DNA of 64,000 nt from an uncultured Alphaproteobacteria bacterium (GTDB lineage Bacteria > Pseudomonadota > Alphaproteobacteria > UBA11222). The stretch lies in NCBI GenBank assembly GCA_947258435.1, contig CAMYID010000022.1, forward strand, positions 170,961 to 234,960, written 5' to 3'. The first letter of the stretch is position 1. Each line of letters opens with the position of its first letter. Positions 9,248-19,014 of the stretch are shown here, in pieces. A model generated the notes under the pieces. That model was not told where the DNA came from. It was given only the letters and a program-made list of their open reading frames with translations, and ran no database searches. A program made the position numbers and the translations under genes.

Positions 9248-10549
9248 TTATCCTTCGCCTGACCGCGTGCCGGTGCAGCCCTTTCCGCCCGCGCACAGCG
9301 CGCGGGGCAACAGGATGAAAAGCCGGCCCGGCGCGGCCATCTTGCCTGCAATCGCCCCGGCCGCATCGCCCGAGCCCCAGAAGACATCGCCCCGGACCAC
9401 CCCTTTCAGGGCGCTGCCGGTATCCTGCGTGACGAGCAGCGCCTGGAAGGGTTCACTTTTACCATCCGGCCCGGTGGGGGCAAAGCTGTCGATCCAGATG
9501 GGCAAACCGAGCGGATAGATGCCGCGATCGACCGCCAGGCTGCGGCGCGGTGTCAGGGATATACCCTGCGCGCCAGGTGGTCCGGCGGAGGGATCCCCGG
9601 CGGGGGGAAGTTCGCGAAAAAAGATATAGGCCGGATTATAGGCGAAAACCTCCCCCTGCCGATCGGGGTTGGCCTCAAGCCAGGTGCGGATCGCCTGCAT
9701 CGACATCTCCGCGCGCGGCACCGCGCCGATATCGATCAGCCGGCGACCGATCGCTGCGTAGACATGCCCGTTATCGGCGGCATATCCGACCCGCATCACC
9801 CCACCTTCGCGCAGCCGGATGCGGCCCGATCCCTGAATATGCAGAAAGAAGGCATCAACGGGATCGGCAAGCCAGACGAGTATCCGGGCCTGTGCGACCC
9901 CCTCACCGCGCGTAATCGCCGAACGCGCCTCAAAGGGTTGTAAACGCCCGGACACAACCCGGCCCGCGATCCGCTGTCCGCGCAGTTCAGACCTGAAAGC
10001 CCCCAGATCGACCATCACAAGATCCTCCGGCGGGGCGTAAAGCGGCACGCTAAATCCGGGCCCGCGCACCCGGCTGCCCCGCAGCTCAGGCTCGTAATAA
10101 CCGGTGAAAAGCCCCGGTTCCGCCGCCGCGGGGTTGATTGCAAAGGCCGCAAATTCCGTTGTCAGAAACGTGGCAATGGCGGCCCGATCCGCATCCTTGT
10201 CGGCCAGCCGCCGCGCCCGGGCGCACCCTGCGCGCCAGTCCGCAACCGTGCCGAATGCCGCAGCGGGCCCGATCGCGCGGCTGTCGGGCAATCGCGCCAA
10301 CACAGCACAGGAGCGCGTGAATGCGCCGAGAAATCCGGTGAAATCCTCCGCCGACCAGCCCGGCAGCGCGGTCATCGGCACAGGCTCAAGGGTAAAGGGC
10401 CGCTCAGGGGCTGCGCCGCGCCAGAATTCAGCCCATAAGGGCCGCAGATGCGGCGCGCTTAACAGCCCGGCGACGAAAATGGCGCAGGCCGTGAAAATCC
10501 CGGCCAGCACAAGCCATGTTCGCGGACGGCGGATCGACGGCACCGACAT
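9248..10549 (-). CDS. mltA: Membrane-bound lytic murein transglycosylase A
   Basis: Signal/TM N-terminus, MltA domain motifs (GYYEPEL...; HIQGSGRI; YNPAYIFF) and a 3D domain. Confidence 0.85.
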   Translation of the reverse strand: MSVPSIRRPRTWLVLAGIFTACAIFVAGLLSAPHLRPLWAEFWRGAAPERPFTLEPVPMTALPGWSAEDFTGFLGAFTRSCAVLARLPDSRAIGPAAAFGTVADWRAGCARARRLADKDADRAAIATFLTTEFAAFAINPAAAEPGLFTGYYEPELRGSRVRGPGFSVPLYAPPEDLVMVDLGAFRSELRGQRIAGRVVSGRLQPFEARSAITRGEGVAQARILVWLADPVDAFFLHIQGSGRIRLREGGVMRVGYAADNGHVYAAIGRRLIDIGAVPRAEMSMQAIRTWLEANPDRQGEVFAYNPAYIFFRELPPAGDPSAGPPGAQGISLTPRRSLAVDRGIYPLGLPIWIDSFAPTGPDGKSEPFQALLVTQDTGSALKGVVRGDVFWGSGDAAGAIAGKMAAPGRLFILLPRALCAGGKGCTGTRSGEG

Positions 10550-10602
10550 GATCCTATCTGCTGCCGCCCGCCATTGCCCGCTCCGATCCGTCGAAAATGC
10601 GT

Positions 10603-11298
10603 TTATTCAGCCGGGGTTGTCGCGATCAGCAACCAGTTGGGGTCATTGCTGCCGATATCGCGCGCAAAGGTCCAAAGCTCGCTCACCTCCTGCGGCACGG
10701 TGGGATGGCCTTGCAGAATCGCACCATCGGCATTGCGGACCGCGGAAATCAGCTCGACCGAGAATTTAACGGTAATTTCCGCCGTCGTTTCATTGAGCGT
10801 TGCCTCGGTGATGCGCACATCCCCCATGCGGACAAGCTCTGTCTCCATCGACTGGTTCTCGGCTTCGCGTTCGGCGATTGCCTCATCGAATTGCGTATAG
10901 ACATCGTCATGCAGCAGCGGCCGCAGCGCCTCACGATCCCCCCTCGCAAAGGCGGAAATGATCATCTCATAGGCCTGCCGCGCACCGGACAGGAAATATT
11001 GCGGATTGAAGTTGCGATCGATGAGCTGAATTTCGGTCAGGCTTTGCGCGAGCGGCGAGTTGGGCGCGATACCCATGCTCTCATCGCTCGCCCAGCCTTC
11101 TTTCTCGCTGCCGGGCAGACGCACGACATTATCGTCACGCCGCTTGTCGGGGGAGGGGGTTTTCTGCCGCCGGATCGCATCTTCGGGACGCTTCTCATTG
11201 CCTGTGCGCGTGCCCAGCACACCGCGCAACCGCAGCAAAATGAAACCGGCGATCACCGCAAAAAAGATAATGTCTAAGAACTGAAAGCCCTGACCCAT
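10603..11298 (-). CDS. Tim44-like domain protein
   Basis: N-terminal TM helix (IIFFAVIAGFILLRL), a charged linker and a C-terminal Tim44-like domain. The mltA/Tim44 pairing is conserved in alphaproteobacteria. Confidence 0.72.
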   Translation of the reverse strand: MGQGFQFLDIIFFAVIAGFILLRLRGVLGTRTGNEKRPEDAIRRQKTPSPDKRRDDNVVRLPGSEKEGWASDESMGIAPNSPLAQSLTEIQLIDRNFNPQYFLSGARQAYEMIISAFARGDREALRPLLHDDVYTQFDEAIAEREAENQSMETELVRMGDVRITEATLNETTAEITVKFSVELISAVRNADGAILQGHPTVPQEVSELWTFARDIGSNDPNWLLIATTPAE

Positions 11299-11599
11299 TC
11301 GATCCAGCCTTGATTTAACACTCTAACAAATTGATATTAAACGGATATTCGACCAGACAAGATTTCCGGTACCCGTCGTTTCCAACGCAAATCGCCCGCT
11401 GTGAATATCTGCCCGCGCTATCACACCCTTTTAACCTCAAGGAAGTATTACCAAGTGCGGAGGAGGTTTTACTCTAACCCCCAGCACCTGCCCGGTCTAG
11501 GAATTGTTCCAATTTGCGCGGCAATTCCGGCAGCCTTATGGTTTGCATCATGCCGCCCCGGTCATTAACAGGTAGGTGCCGTCCAGAGAAAGGGCAAGC

Positions 11600-12085
11600 G
11601 TGGGACAGCTTTTATTCTTCCTCTTCATCGCGATTCCGATCGTCGAGATCGCCATTATCATTCAGGTTGGCGGCTGGCTCGGGGTTTTGCCAACGGTCGC
11701 ACTGATCGTCCTGACCGCTTTTGCGGGCACCTTGCTGCTGCGCTGGCAGGGGCTGAGCACCGTTGCGCGCGCCCGCGCGGCAATCGAGCGCGGCGCGATG
11801 CCGGTCGCCGAACTTGTGCATGGGCTGTTTCTGCTCATCGCCGGGCTGCTTTTGCTGACACCGGGTTTTGCCACAGATGTGCTGGGGCTCTTGCTGTTTA
11901 TCCCGGCTGTCCGCCTGGCCGCGGGCGGGCTCATCCTGCACCGGTTGATCCGTCAGCACCAGACCCGCCCCGACGCAGCCGGCAGCAGATCTGGCAACAC
12001 AACCGGAGGCACGCGCGTCATTGAAGGCGAATATGAGGATATTTCCCGCCCGGAACCACCCACCGATCGCCTTCCCGACCGATAA
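11600..12085 (+). CDS. fxsA: FxsA family membrane protein
   Basis: GQLLFFLFIAIPIVEIAIIIQVGGWLG...AGLLLLTPGFATDVLGLLLFIP matches the FxsA architecture. A GTG at 11600 is the likely start; the listed ORF starts at 11576. Confidence 0.68.
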   Translation: MGQLLFFLFIAIPIVEIAIIIQVGGWLGVLPTVALIVLTAFAGTLLLRWQGLSTVARARAAIERGAMPVAELVHGLFLLIAGLLLLTPGFATDVLGLLLFIPAVRLAAGGLILHRLIRQHQTRPDAAGSRSGNTTGGTRVIEGEYEDISRPEPPTDRLPDR

Positions 12086-12191
12086 CCGACGCGGCAGCCA
12101 GATCCACAGCGGGCGATTGCGGCTTGGTTCTGCTCTGTTTCCGTGCTAGCGAAACGCGCAGGATGAACAGGCAAGCGGACCAGAAAAGCAA

Positions 12192-12707
12192 ATGAGCGAC
12201 GAAAATCAGCAGGAAACGCCACCCGCTGCGGATAACGGCCAATCTGCACCGGAAAATCTGCCACGACTTGTCATTCTGACCCAGTATGTGAAGGATTTTT
12301 CATTTGAAAATCCCAATGCACCGGCAAGCCTCTTCCAGGGCAATCCGCAACCCAATATCAATGTGTCGGTCGATGTTCAGGCGCGGCGCAGCGGGGAGCA
12401 GAATTTCGAGGTCGATCTGCATATCTCGATCGAAGCGAAACAGGATGATGACGCGGTTTTCGTGACCGAGCTTGTCTATTCCGCCCTGTTTGCACTGGAA
12501 AATATCCCGCAGGAAAATCTGCAGCCTGTATTGCTGATCGAATGTCCACGGCTGATTTTCCCCTTTGCCCGCAGGATCATCGCCGACGCCACCCGGGATG
12601 GAGGGTTTCCCCCGCTCATGCTCGATCCGATCGATTTCGCGCAGCTCTATCAGCAGCAGATTGCGGCAGCCCAGGCTCAGGCGGCCGAGGCTAATCAGCC
12701 CAACTAG
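12192..12707 (+). CDS. secB: Protein-export chaperone SecB
   Basis: LVILTQYVKDFSFENPNAP...LLIECPRLIFPFARRIIADATRDGGFPPLML, a SecB signature. Confidence 0.9.
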   Translation: MSDENQQETPPAADNGQSAPENLPRLVILTQYVKDFSFENPNAPASLFQGNPQPNINVSVDVQARRSGEQNFEVDLHISIEAKQDDDAVFVTELVYSALFALENIPQENLQPVLLIECPRLIFPFARRIIADATRDGGFPPLMLDPIDFAQLYQQQIAAAQAQAAEANQPN

Positions 12708-12744
12708 CCGATTAACCCGCCACTATCGGAGCGGCGCTGACGGT

Positions 12745-13470
12745 TCAGGGTTTCTTCCAGATGGCCGTTGCGGGAAAAGCGGCGACAAATTCGCGATGCG
12801 CACGGCGTTCACTTTCGGTAAGCCGCGATGCCAGCGGCGCGGGGCGTGGCGGCTGCGATTTGCCGCCCCGCACGGCGCGGCTGCCTGAAACATTGCCACT
12901 TTTGCCCCCGGCATCGGCCAATGGGGTCGCATCGGCACCTGCTTCCCAGGCAAAGCCGCGCTGCCGGCCGCCGATCAGCTCCAGATAGACATCCGCCAGC
13001 AATTCCGCATCAAGCAGCGCACCGTGAAAGGTCCGCGAGGAATTATCGATATTAAATCGGCGACACAGGCCATCAAGGCTGTTTTGCCCGCCGGGAAATT
13101 TCCGCCGTGCGATCATCAATGTGTCGACGCTGCGTCCGGGCGGTAATTTGCCATAGCCGATCCGGTCAAATTCCGCATTCAGAAAGCCCAGATCAAAGGC
13201 CGCATTGTGAATGACCAGCGGATCGCTTGCCAGAAACCGGTTCAGATCATCGGCAATGTCGGAAAATTCAGGCTTGTCCACCAGAAAATCTTCCGTAATG
13301 CCATGCACTTCGATTGCGGCTTCGGCAATCTGGCATTTCGGATTGACATAGCTGTGGAAAGTCTCCCCCGTCGGGATATGGTTCTGCAGCTCGATACAGC
13401 CGATTTCAATAATCCGGTCGTTACGGACATCAAGGCCGGTCGTTTCCGTGTCCAGGACGATTTCCCGCAT
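12745..13470 (-). CDS. dnaQ: DNA polymerase III epsilon subunit (3'-5' exonuclease)
   Basis: REIVLDTETTGLD...IIEIGCIEL...HNAAFDLGFL...HGALLDAELL; DEDDh exonuclease motifs Exo I-III. Confidence 0.88.
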   Translation of the reverse strand: MREIVLDTETTGLDVRNDRIIEIGCIELQNHIPTGETFHSYVNPKCQIAEAAIEVHGITEDFLVDKPEFSDIADDLNRFLASDPLVIHNAAFDLGFLNAEFDRIGYGKLPPGRSVDTLMIARRKFPGGQNSLDGLCRRFNIDNSSRTFHGALLDAELLADVYLELIGGRQRGFAWEAGADATPLADAGGKSGNVSGSRAVRGGKSQPPRPAPLASRLTESERRAHREFVAAFPATAIWKKP

Positions 13471-14117
13471 TATGCTTCCTTCTCGGCGGCCCGCAGCCGG
13501 GCCTCGGTTTGCGCCCAGACCCGGGCCTTGCAGGCTTTCAGTTTCGGGAGCATGGTTTTGACCTGCGCAAAAGCGGCATCAAGACCCTTATCGGATTCGA
13601 CGATGAAATCCGCCCGTTCACGCTTTTCGGCATCGGGTACCTGCTTGGCGACAATAGCGTCGAACTTGTCCGCCGTCATGCCGGGCCGCTCCAGCACCCG
13701 CTGTTTTTGCAATTCATAAGGTGCACTGACCACAACCACGCAATCGACACGCGCTTCACCGCCGGTTTCATAAAGCAGCGGCACATCGACCACCACAATC
13801 TCTTCTCCCGCCGCCGCCGCATCGCGCAGAAAATTGATCTGTTCCTGCGCAACAAGCGGATGCACGATGGATTCAAGCGTCTTCATCGCCTCGGGATTGT
13901 CGAGTACGCGTTTTGACAGTTCATCGCGATTGACGCCATTCTCATCGCTCACCCCCGGAAATGCCGCCTCGAGCGGGGCGACAGCGCGACCCCCGGCTTC
14001 ATAGATCCGGTGCACCGCCGCATCCGCATCGTAAACCCGGACGCCGAGTTCCCGAAACATCCGAGCGGTTTCGGATTTTCCCATGCCGATCGATCCGGTC
14101 AACCCGACAATCACCAT
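13470..14117 (-). CDS. coaE: Dephospho-CoA kinase
   Basis: MVIVGLTGSIGMGKSETARMF, a P-loop plus CoaE fold. Its start codon abuts the dnaQ start. Confidence 0.88.
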   Translation of the reverse strand: MVIVGLTGSIGMGKSETARMFRELGVRVYDADAAVHRIYEAGGRAVAPLEAAFPGVSDENGVNRDELSKRVLDNPEAMKTLESIVHPLVAQEQINFLRDAAAAGEEIVVVDVPLLYETGGEARVDCVVVVSAPYELQKQRVLERPGMTADKFDAIVAKQVPDAEKRERADFIVESDKGLDAAFAQVKTMLPKLKACKARVWAQTEARLRAAEKEA

Positions 14118-14156
14118 CTGTCTGCTCCCCTGCGCTGCTTGTGGTCAGCGCGTCTG

Positions 14157-15026
14157 TTATTGGCCGGCCGCATCAATATCGGCCAGAATTCGCACCCTTA
14201 ACGCATCATCGACTTCCGGTTCCGTGCCAAACCATGCGGCAAAGCCCGGCCGCGCCTGATGCAACAGCATACCAAGCCCATCCACAACAGGGTTGCCACG
14301 CGCCGCAGCCGCGCGCAACAAATCCGTCTGCAGGGGCGTGTATACGATATCGTTCACCAGCGCGGCCACCGGTAAAAGATCAAGCGCAAGATCAAGCGAG
14401 GCTTTCCCCTGCATGCCAAGCACCGAACTGTTCACCAACAGATTTACATCGACGCAAGCCTGCGCGCGCGCGGCCCACTCGTAAACCCGGACCGGACCGC
14501 CAATATCGGCAGCCAGCTTTTCCGCGTTTTCACGGCTTCTGTTGGCAATTCGGATTTCAGGGGTCCCGGCATCGCACAATGCCGCCAATATGGCGCGCGC
14601 CGCGCCCCCCGCCCCGATCAACAGTGCCGGCCCGGCATCGGCCCGCCAGTGCGGTGCCGACAGGCGCAGATTTTCCATAAATCCGAAGCCATCGCTGTTC
14701 GAGCCTGAAAAGCGCCCGTCAGCATCGATCACAACCGTATTGACCGCCCCGATCCGGCGCGCATTGTCATCGACAATATCGCAGGCCGCAAGGGCACGTT
14801 CCTTATGCGGCACTGTCACATTACATCCGGCAAAACCACGCTTTGCGAGGGCCCTGAATTCGGCGTCGAAAACTTCCGGTTCGATCGGCAGCAGATCATA
14901 GGAACCCGCAATATGATATTTTTCCAGCCAATAACCATGCAGCAACGGGGATCGCGAATGGCTGACCGGCCAACCCACCACCCCGGCCCGCGGGGGCCCG
15001 GCATGACTGTTCTCGTCCCTATGCAA
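14157..15026 (-). CDS. aroE: Shikimate dehydrogenase
   Basis: GVVGWPVSHSRSPLLHGYWL...GCNVTVPHKE...LLIGAGGAARAI; AroE substrate and NADP motifs. Confidence 0.85.
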   Translation of the reverse strand: MHRDENSHAGPPRAGVVGWPVSHSRSPLLHGYWLEKYHIAGSYDLLPIEPEVFDAEFRALAKRGFAGCNVTVPHKERALAACDIVDDNARRIGAVNTVVIDADGRFSGSNSDGFGFMENLRLSAPHWRADAGPALLIGAGGAARAILAALCDAGTPEIRIANRSRENAEKLAADIGGPVRVYEWAARAQACVDVNLLVNSSVLGMQGKASLDLALDLLPVAALVNDIVYTPLQTDLLRAAAARGNPVVDGLGMLLHQARPGFAAWFGTEPEVDDALRVRILADIDAAGQ

Positions 15027-15624
15027 AACTTACCTCATATTCCCGATACTGACGAAGAAATGACAGGAGCGGGAGGAGTGGGAGCCCAAGTATGGTAAAG
15101 TAATCCCCCCGAATTTCGGAGAACAATTGCGCACCAAGCGATTCAAGCTGATAGGCACCGACAGAATCGCAGACCCGGTCTCCCGCCGATGCCAGATAAC
15201 GATCCAGAAAGCTGTCCGGAAAATCCCACATGGCAAGATCGGCGCGATCCTGACAGGTCCACACAATATCATCCCCGCAGGCCACACAAACCGCGCAGAC
15301 CAGCTGATGGGTATCGCCCCGCAGGCGCTGCAGCATCTGCCGCGCTGCAGCCATATCCGCCGGCTTGTCATATTGCTTGTTGTCATGCAGCAGGATCTGA
15401 TCCGCACCGATAACCAGCGGGCCGGGATAGTTGCGTGACAATGACAGGGCCTTTTCCTGCGCAAGCCGCAATGGAAGCCCGGACACAGGGTACTTGCGCG
15501 CGCGCAGTCTTTGCTTGACTTCGCCCTCGTCAATCAATGGTCTCATCATCTCGAAATTCAATCCGGCATCGGATAATATTTGCCGCCGTGCCCGACTGCC
15601 CGATCCCAGGATAAGACCGGTCAT
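15019..15624 (-). CDS. maf: Maf-like nucleoside triphosphate pyrophosphatase
   Basis: From the internal ATG: MTGLILGSGSRARRQILSDAGL...VIGADQIL. It overlaps aroE by 8 nt and the upstream gene by 4 nt. Confidence 0.8.
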   Translation of the reverse strand: MTGLILGSGSRARRQILSDAGLNFEMMRPLIDEGEVKQRLRARKYPVSGLPLRLAQEKALSLSRNYPGPLVIGADQILLHDNKQYDKPADMAAARQMLQRLRGDTHQLVCAVCVACGDDIVWTCQDRADLAMWDFPDSFLDRYLASAGDRVCDSVGAYQLESLGAQLFSEIRGDYFTILGLPLLPLLSFLRQYREYEVSFA

Positions 15625-16469
15625 AAAGCCTCTCGTTCTGTCAGCAGGTTCAGAATGGCCGCCGCGGTTTCTTCGACCGAACGGCGGGTGACATCGATCA
15701 CCGGCCATCCGTGCCGGGAGAACAAACGCCGAGCAAAACGTATTTCCTCAGCGACTGTTTCAGGATCTGTATACTGACTGTCCTGCGGCTGATTAAGGGA
15801 GCGCATACGATTGCGCCGGATATCGATCAGAAGATCGGCGCTTGTCGTCAGCCCGACAATCAGCGGCCCGCGCAGATTTGCCAAAGCGGCGATTTGCGGT
15901 GTCCCGGGGACGATGGGAATATTCGCCGCCTTCAGTCCGCGATTGGCAAGATAAACGCAAGTCGGCGTTTTCGATGTCCGGCTCACCCCTGCCAGCACCA
16001 CATCAGCTTCCGACAGATCGTCGCCAAGCTGCCCGTCATCATGTGCCATCGTATATTGCAGCGCCTCGATCCGATCAAAATATTCATCGTCAAGCGCATG
16101 CTGCCCGCCGGGCCGGTGTGTGGTTTCAGCCCCCAGATAACTTCCGATCAGGGAAATGACAGGATCGAGCAGCGACAGACTTCGGATTCCGCGCGCATTG
16201 CAATATTCTTCCAGTTGGGTCCGCAGCGCATCATTCACCAATGTATAGATGACGATGCCAGGAGCATTCGCCACCTGATCGAGCACACGGGCAAGATGGC
16301 GTTCGGTCCGGACAAGAGCATAGCTGTGCGTTATCGGCACACCGGTATCGAATTGCGCCATCGTGGCTTTTGCCACTGCATTCAGGGTTTCACCTGTCGC
16401 ATCCGAAATCAGGTGCAGGTGAAAATAGATGCCAAGCCGGTTCGAACGCCGGTTAGTGGCTGGCGCCAT
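15621..16469 (-). CDS. Pyruvate-phosphate dikinase / PEP synthetase regulatory protein (DUF299 kinase-pyrophosphorylase; RP001 homolog)
   Basis: YFHLHLISDATGETL...VVLAGVSRTSKTPTCVYLANRGLKAANIPIV, a DUF299 P-loop signature. Confidence 0.8.
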   Translation of the reverse strand: MAPATNRRSNRLGIYFHLHLISDATGETLNAVAKATMAQFDTGVPITHSYALVRTERHLARVLDQVANAPGIVIYTLVNDALRTQLEEYCNARGIRSLSLLDPVISLIGSYLGAETTHRPGGQHALDDEYFDRIEALQYTMAHDDGQLGDDLSEADVVLAGVSRTSKTPTCVYLANRGLKAANIPIVPGTPQIAALANLRGPLIVGLTTSADLLIDIRRNRMRSLNQPQDSQYTDPETVAEEIRFARRLFSRHGWPVIDVTRRSVEETAAAILNLLTEREAL

Positions 16470-16949
16470 ATGCCACCACCTTTCGATATGCCGGCTGCGG
16501 CGCGGCAGACCGTGAATTACGGGGATTACGGGGATAAGTAGCGGTTCCGGGGCGCGTGCTGATTTTCCTCACGATTCCGTTCTCACTCTGACCATCCTTT
16601 TTTTCACACTGAACAAGATTATATCGTGGCTGTGGATAATAGTGCGGGAATTCACATAAACGGTCCGCCAGCCATCCTTCACGATCAGCAGCCTTTGATT
16701 TCAGCGATAAAATCACCTGCCGATCCCCATGGATACGCCGTTACACCGACAACCGGACCGAGGATTGACTGTGGAAAAGTCGGGCATAATATTTTATCCC
16801 CATTATTCAGCGCTTCAGCAACATCATCATCTTTTTATATCTATATAATTGATATGACCTAAGATGGGGATAAAGCACGACACCGTCAGTCAGACGATCA
16901 ACCGAAAGACAATTCTATCACTAATCAGACAAAACTTCTGCTTGCAGCC
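16470..16949. other. Candidate chromosomal replication origin (oriC)
   Basis: A 480-bp AT-rich intergenic region inside an otherwise ~62% GC window, sitting in the DUF299(RP001)|hemE position. It holds a perfect DnaA box TGTGGATAA (16631-16639); one-mismatch boxes at 16770-16778 (TGTGGAAAA), 16794-16802 (TTATCCCCA) and 16865-16873 (TGGGGATAA); a weaker box at 16529-16537; and a strongly AT-rich 40-bp block (16817-16860) next to hemE. Confidence 0.6.
16631..16639 (-). promoter_or_regulatory. Consensus DnaA box (TTATCCACA on minus strand)
   Basis: Exact 9/9 match to the consensus, read directly. Confidence 0.6.
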
Positions 16950-17960
16950 TTGCAAGGGAAAAAAACCGAGCGACCACCTGTCTGGCTGATGCGGCAGGCA
17001 GGGCGCTATCTTCCCGAATATCGCAAAGTCCGCAGTCAGGCCGGGTCATTCCTCAATCTGTGCTATTCACCCGATCTTGCGACCGAGGTGACATTGCAAC
17101 CGATCCGCCGCTTTGGCTTTGATGCATCGATCTTGTTTTCCGACATTCTGGTCATACCCGATGCGTTGGGACAGAAAGTGGAATTCAGGGAAAATATCGG
17201 GCCGGTGCTTTCCCCCAGAATCAGATCCGCTGACGATCTGGACCGATTACGCACCGATGAAGCCGCTGACCGGCTGGAACCGGTTTATCAGACAGTCAGA
17301 AATCTTGCGGCTGCCCTGCCCTCAAATGTGACGCTGATCGGCTTTGCAGGCGCGCCCTGGACAGTGGCCACCTATATGGTCGGCGGCGAAGGCTCGCGTG
17401 ATCAGGCCGAAACAAGGCTATGGGCCTATGCGGAACCCCAGGCTTTTGAACGGCTGATCAATTTGCTTGTGGAAACCACGGCGGCCTATCTGATCCGGCA
17501 GGTCGAAGCAGGTGCTGAAGTACTGCAGCTGTTTGATACCTGGGCGGGGTCACTGCCCGAACGCGAATTCGAGCGCTGGTGTATCGCACCGATTGCGGAA
17601 ATCGTGAAACGGGTCAGGGCCAGATATCCGGCAGTACCGATTATCGGATTTCCACGTGGCGCGGGCCAGCGTTATGCGGAATTTGCGCAGCGGACGGGGG
17701 TTAATGCGGTTAGCATTGATGTGACGGTTCCGCTCCACTTTGCAAAGACCGAAATCCAGCCAGGCTGCACCGTGCAGGGCAATCTCGATCCTCTGTTGCT
17801 TGTCAGCGGGGGCAAGGCAATGACCGGGGAGGTCGATCGCATTCTGCACAGCCTTGGGGAAGGGCCGTTTATCTTCAATCTCGGGCATGGAATTGTGCCG
17901 CAGACCCCGATTGATCATGTCGCCGCTCTGGTGGAACAGGTGAAGAGCTATCGGGGGTAA
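16950..17960 (+). CDS. hemE: Uroporphyrinogen decarboxylase
   Basis: RPPVWLMRQAGRYLPEYR...; the full URO-D fold. The listed start is a TTG. The conserved KLLLAAL motif continues in-frame upstream without an ATG, so the true start may be a few codons upstream. Confidence 0.9.
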   Translation: MQGKKTERPPVWLMRQAGRYLPEYRKVRSQAGSFLNLCYSPDLATEVTLQPIRRFGFDASILFSDILVIPDALGQKVEFRENIGPVLSPRIRSADDLDRLRTDEAADRLEPVYQTVRNLAAALPSNVTLIGFAGAPWTVATYMVGGEGSRDQAETRLWAYAEPQAFERLINLLVETTAAYLIRQVEAGAEVLQLFDTWAGSLPEREFERWCIAPIAEIVKRVRARYPAVPIIGFPRGAGQRYAEFAQRTGVNAVSIDVTVPLHFAKTEIQPGCTVQGNLDPLLLVSGGKAMTGEVDRILHSLGEGPFIFNLGHGIVPQTPIDHVAALVEQVKSYRG

Positions 17961-17964
17961 CGCT

Positions 17965-18996
17965 ATGGCTGTTTCCGAACAGGGGCGGATTGCGGTGGTG
18001 CTATTCAATCTGGGCGGACCGGATAGTCTGGATGCGGTCAGACCCTTTCTGTTCAACCTGTTCAATGACCGTGCGATCATAAATCTGCCGCAGCCATTAC
18101 GCTGGTGCGTGGCGCAACTTGTCTCCCGGTTGCGGGAGGGGACCGCGCGGGAAATTTACGGTGAGCTTGGCGGTGCGTCGCCGATATGGCCGCAAACCCG
18201 GGATCAGGCGGCGGCTCTTGAGAAAGCGCTTGCCGCGCGTGGCATTGAACAAGCCAGATGTTTTATTGCCATGCGATACTGGCACCCCCTGGCGGAAGAA
18301 ACGGTCCAGGCGGTGCGTGAATTCAATCCCGATCATGTGGTTTTATTACCGCTTTATCCGCAGTTTTCGACGACAACGACCCGATCGTCACTTGGACAAT
18401 GGCGTAGACTTGCAGACGATTTTACGGCGCGGACGCATATAGTTTGCTGCTATCCGGAGGAAAAGGGCTGGATTGCCGCGCAGGCCGATCTTATTCGCAG
18501 CGCGCAAGCTGAAGTCGGGGGCGATGGTGCCATACGCCTGCTGTTTTCCGCGCATGGGCTGCCAAAGAAAATTGTCGATCGGGGCGATCCCTATCCGCGG
18601 CAGGTGGCACGGAGCGTTGAGGCGGTTCTGGCCGCGCTTGGCAGGCCATCGGATATCGATTACGAGATTTGCTATCAGAGCCGGGTGGGGCCGCTTGAAT
18701 GGATCGGCCCTTCCACGGAAGATTGTCTCGAAAAAGCGGGCAGGGAAGGCAAATCTGTACTGGTTATCCCGATCGCCTTTACATCGGAGCATTCCGAAAC
18801 GCTGGTCGAGCTGGATATCGAATATCGCGCGGTGGCCGAACGTTGCGGGGTGCGTGACTATATACGTGTGCCGACGGTCGGCAGCCACCCGGCTTTTATC
18901 GCCGGGCTTGCCGATCTGTGCGAGACAGTGCTGTCGCAGGATTGCTATTGCGGTGACAGCGGCGCGGGGGAAAGTTGCCTGGGCGATGGGAACTGA
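17965..18996 (+). CDS. hemH: Ferrochelatase
   Basis: IAVVLFNLGGPDSLDAVRPFLFNLFND...LLFSAHGLP...; ferrochelatase signature. Confidence 0.9.
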   Translation: MAVSEQGRIAVVLFNLGGPDSLDAVRPFLFNLFNDRAIINLPQPLRWCVAQLVSRLREGTAREIYGELGGASPIWPQTRDQAAALEKALAARGIEQARCFIAMRYWHPLAEETVQAVREFNPDHVVLLPLYPQFSTTTTRSSLGQWRRLADDFTARTHIVCCYPEEKGWIAAQADLIRSAQAEVGGDGAIRLLFSAHGLPKKIVDRGDPYPRQVARSVEAVLAALGRPSDIDYEICYQSRVGPLEWIGPSTEDCLEKAGREGKSVLVIPIAFTSEHSETLVELDIEYRAVAERCGVRDYIRVPTVGSHPAFIAGLADLCETVLSQDCYCGDSGAGESCLGDGN

Positions 18997-19014
18997 ACGG
19001 GAAGGTCTGCGTCA

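Noticed and set aside
16436-16450. GGTTCGAAC stretch resembling a tRNA T-arm
   Set aside because: It lies inside the DUF299 coding sequence with no flanking acceptor or anticodon stems. No tRNA or rRNA genes were recognisable anywhere in the window by eye; a tRNAscan-SE or Infernal run would be needed for certainty.
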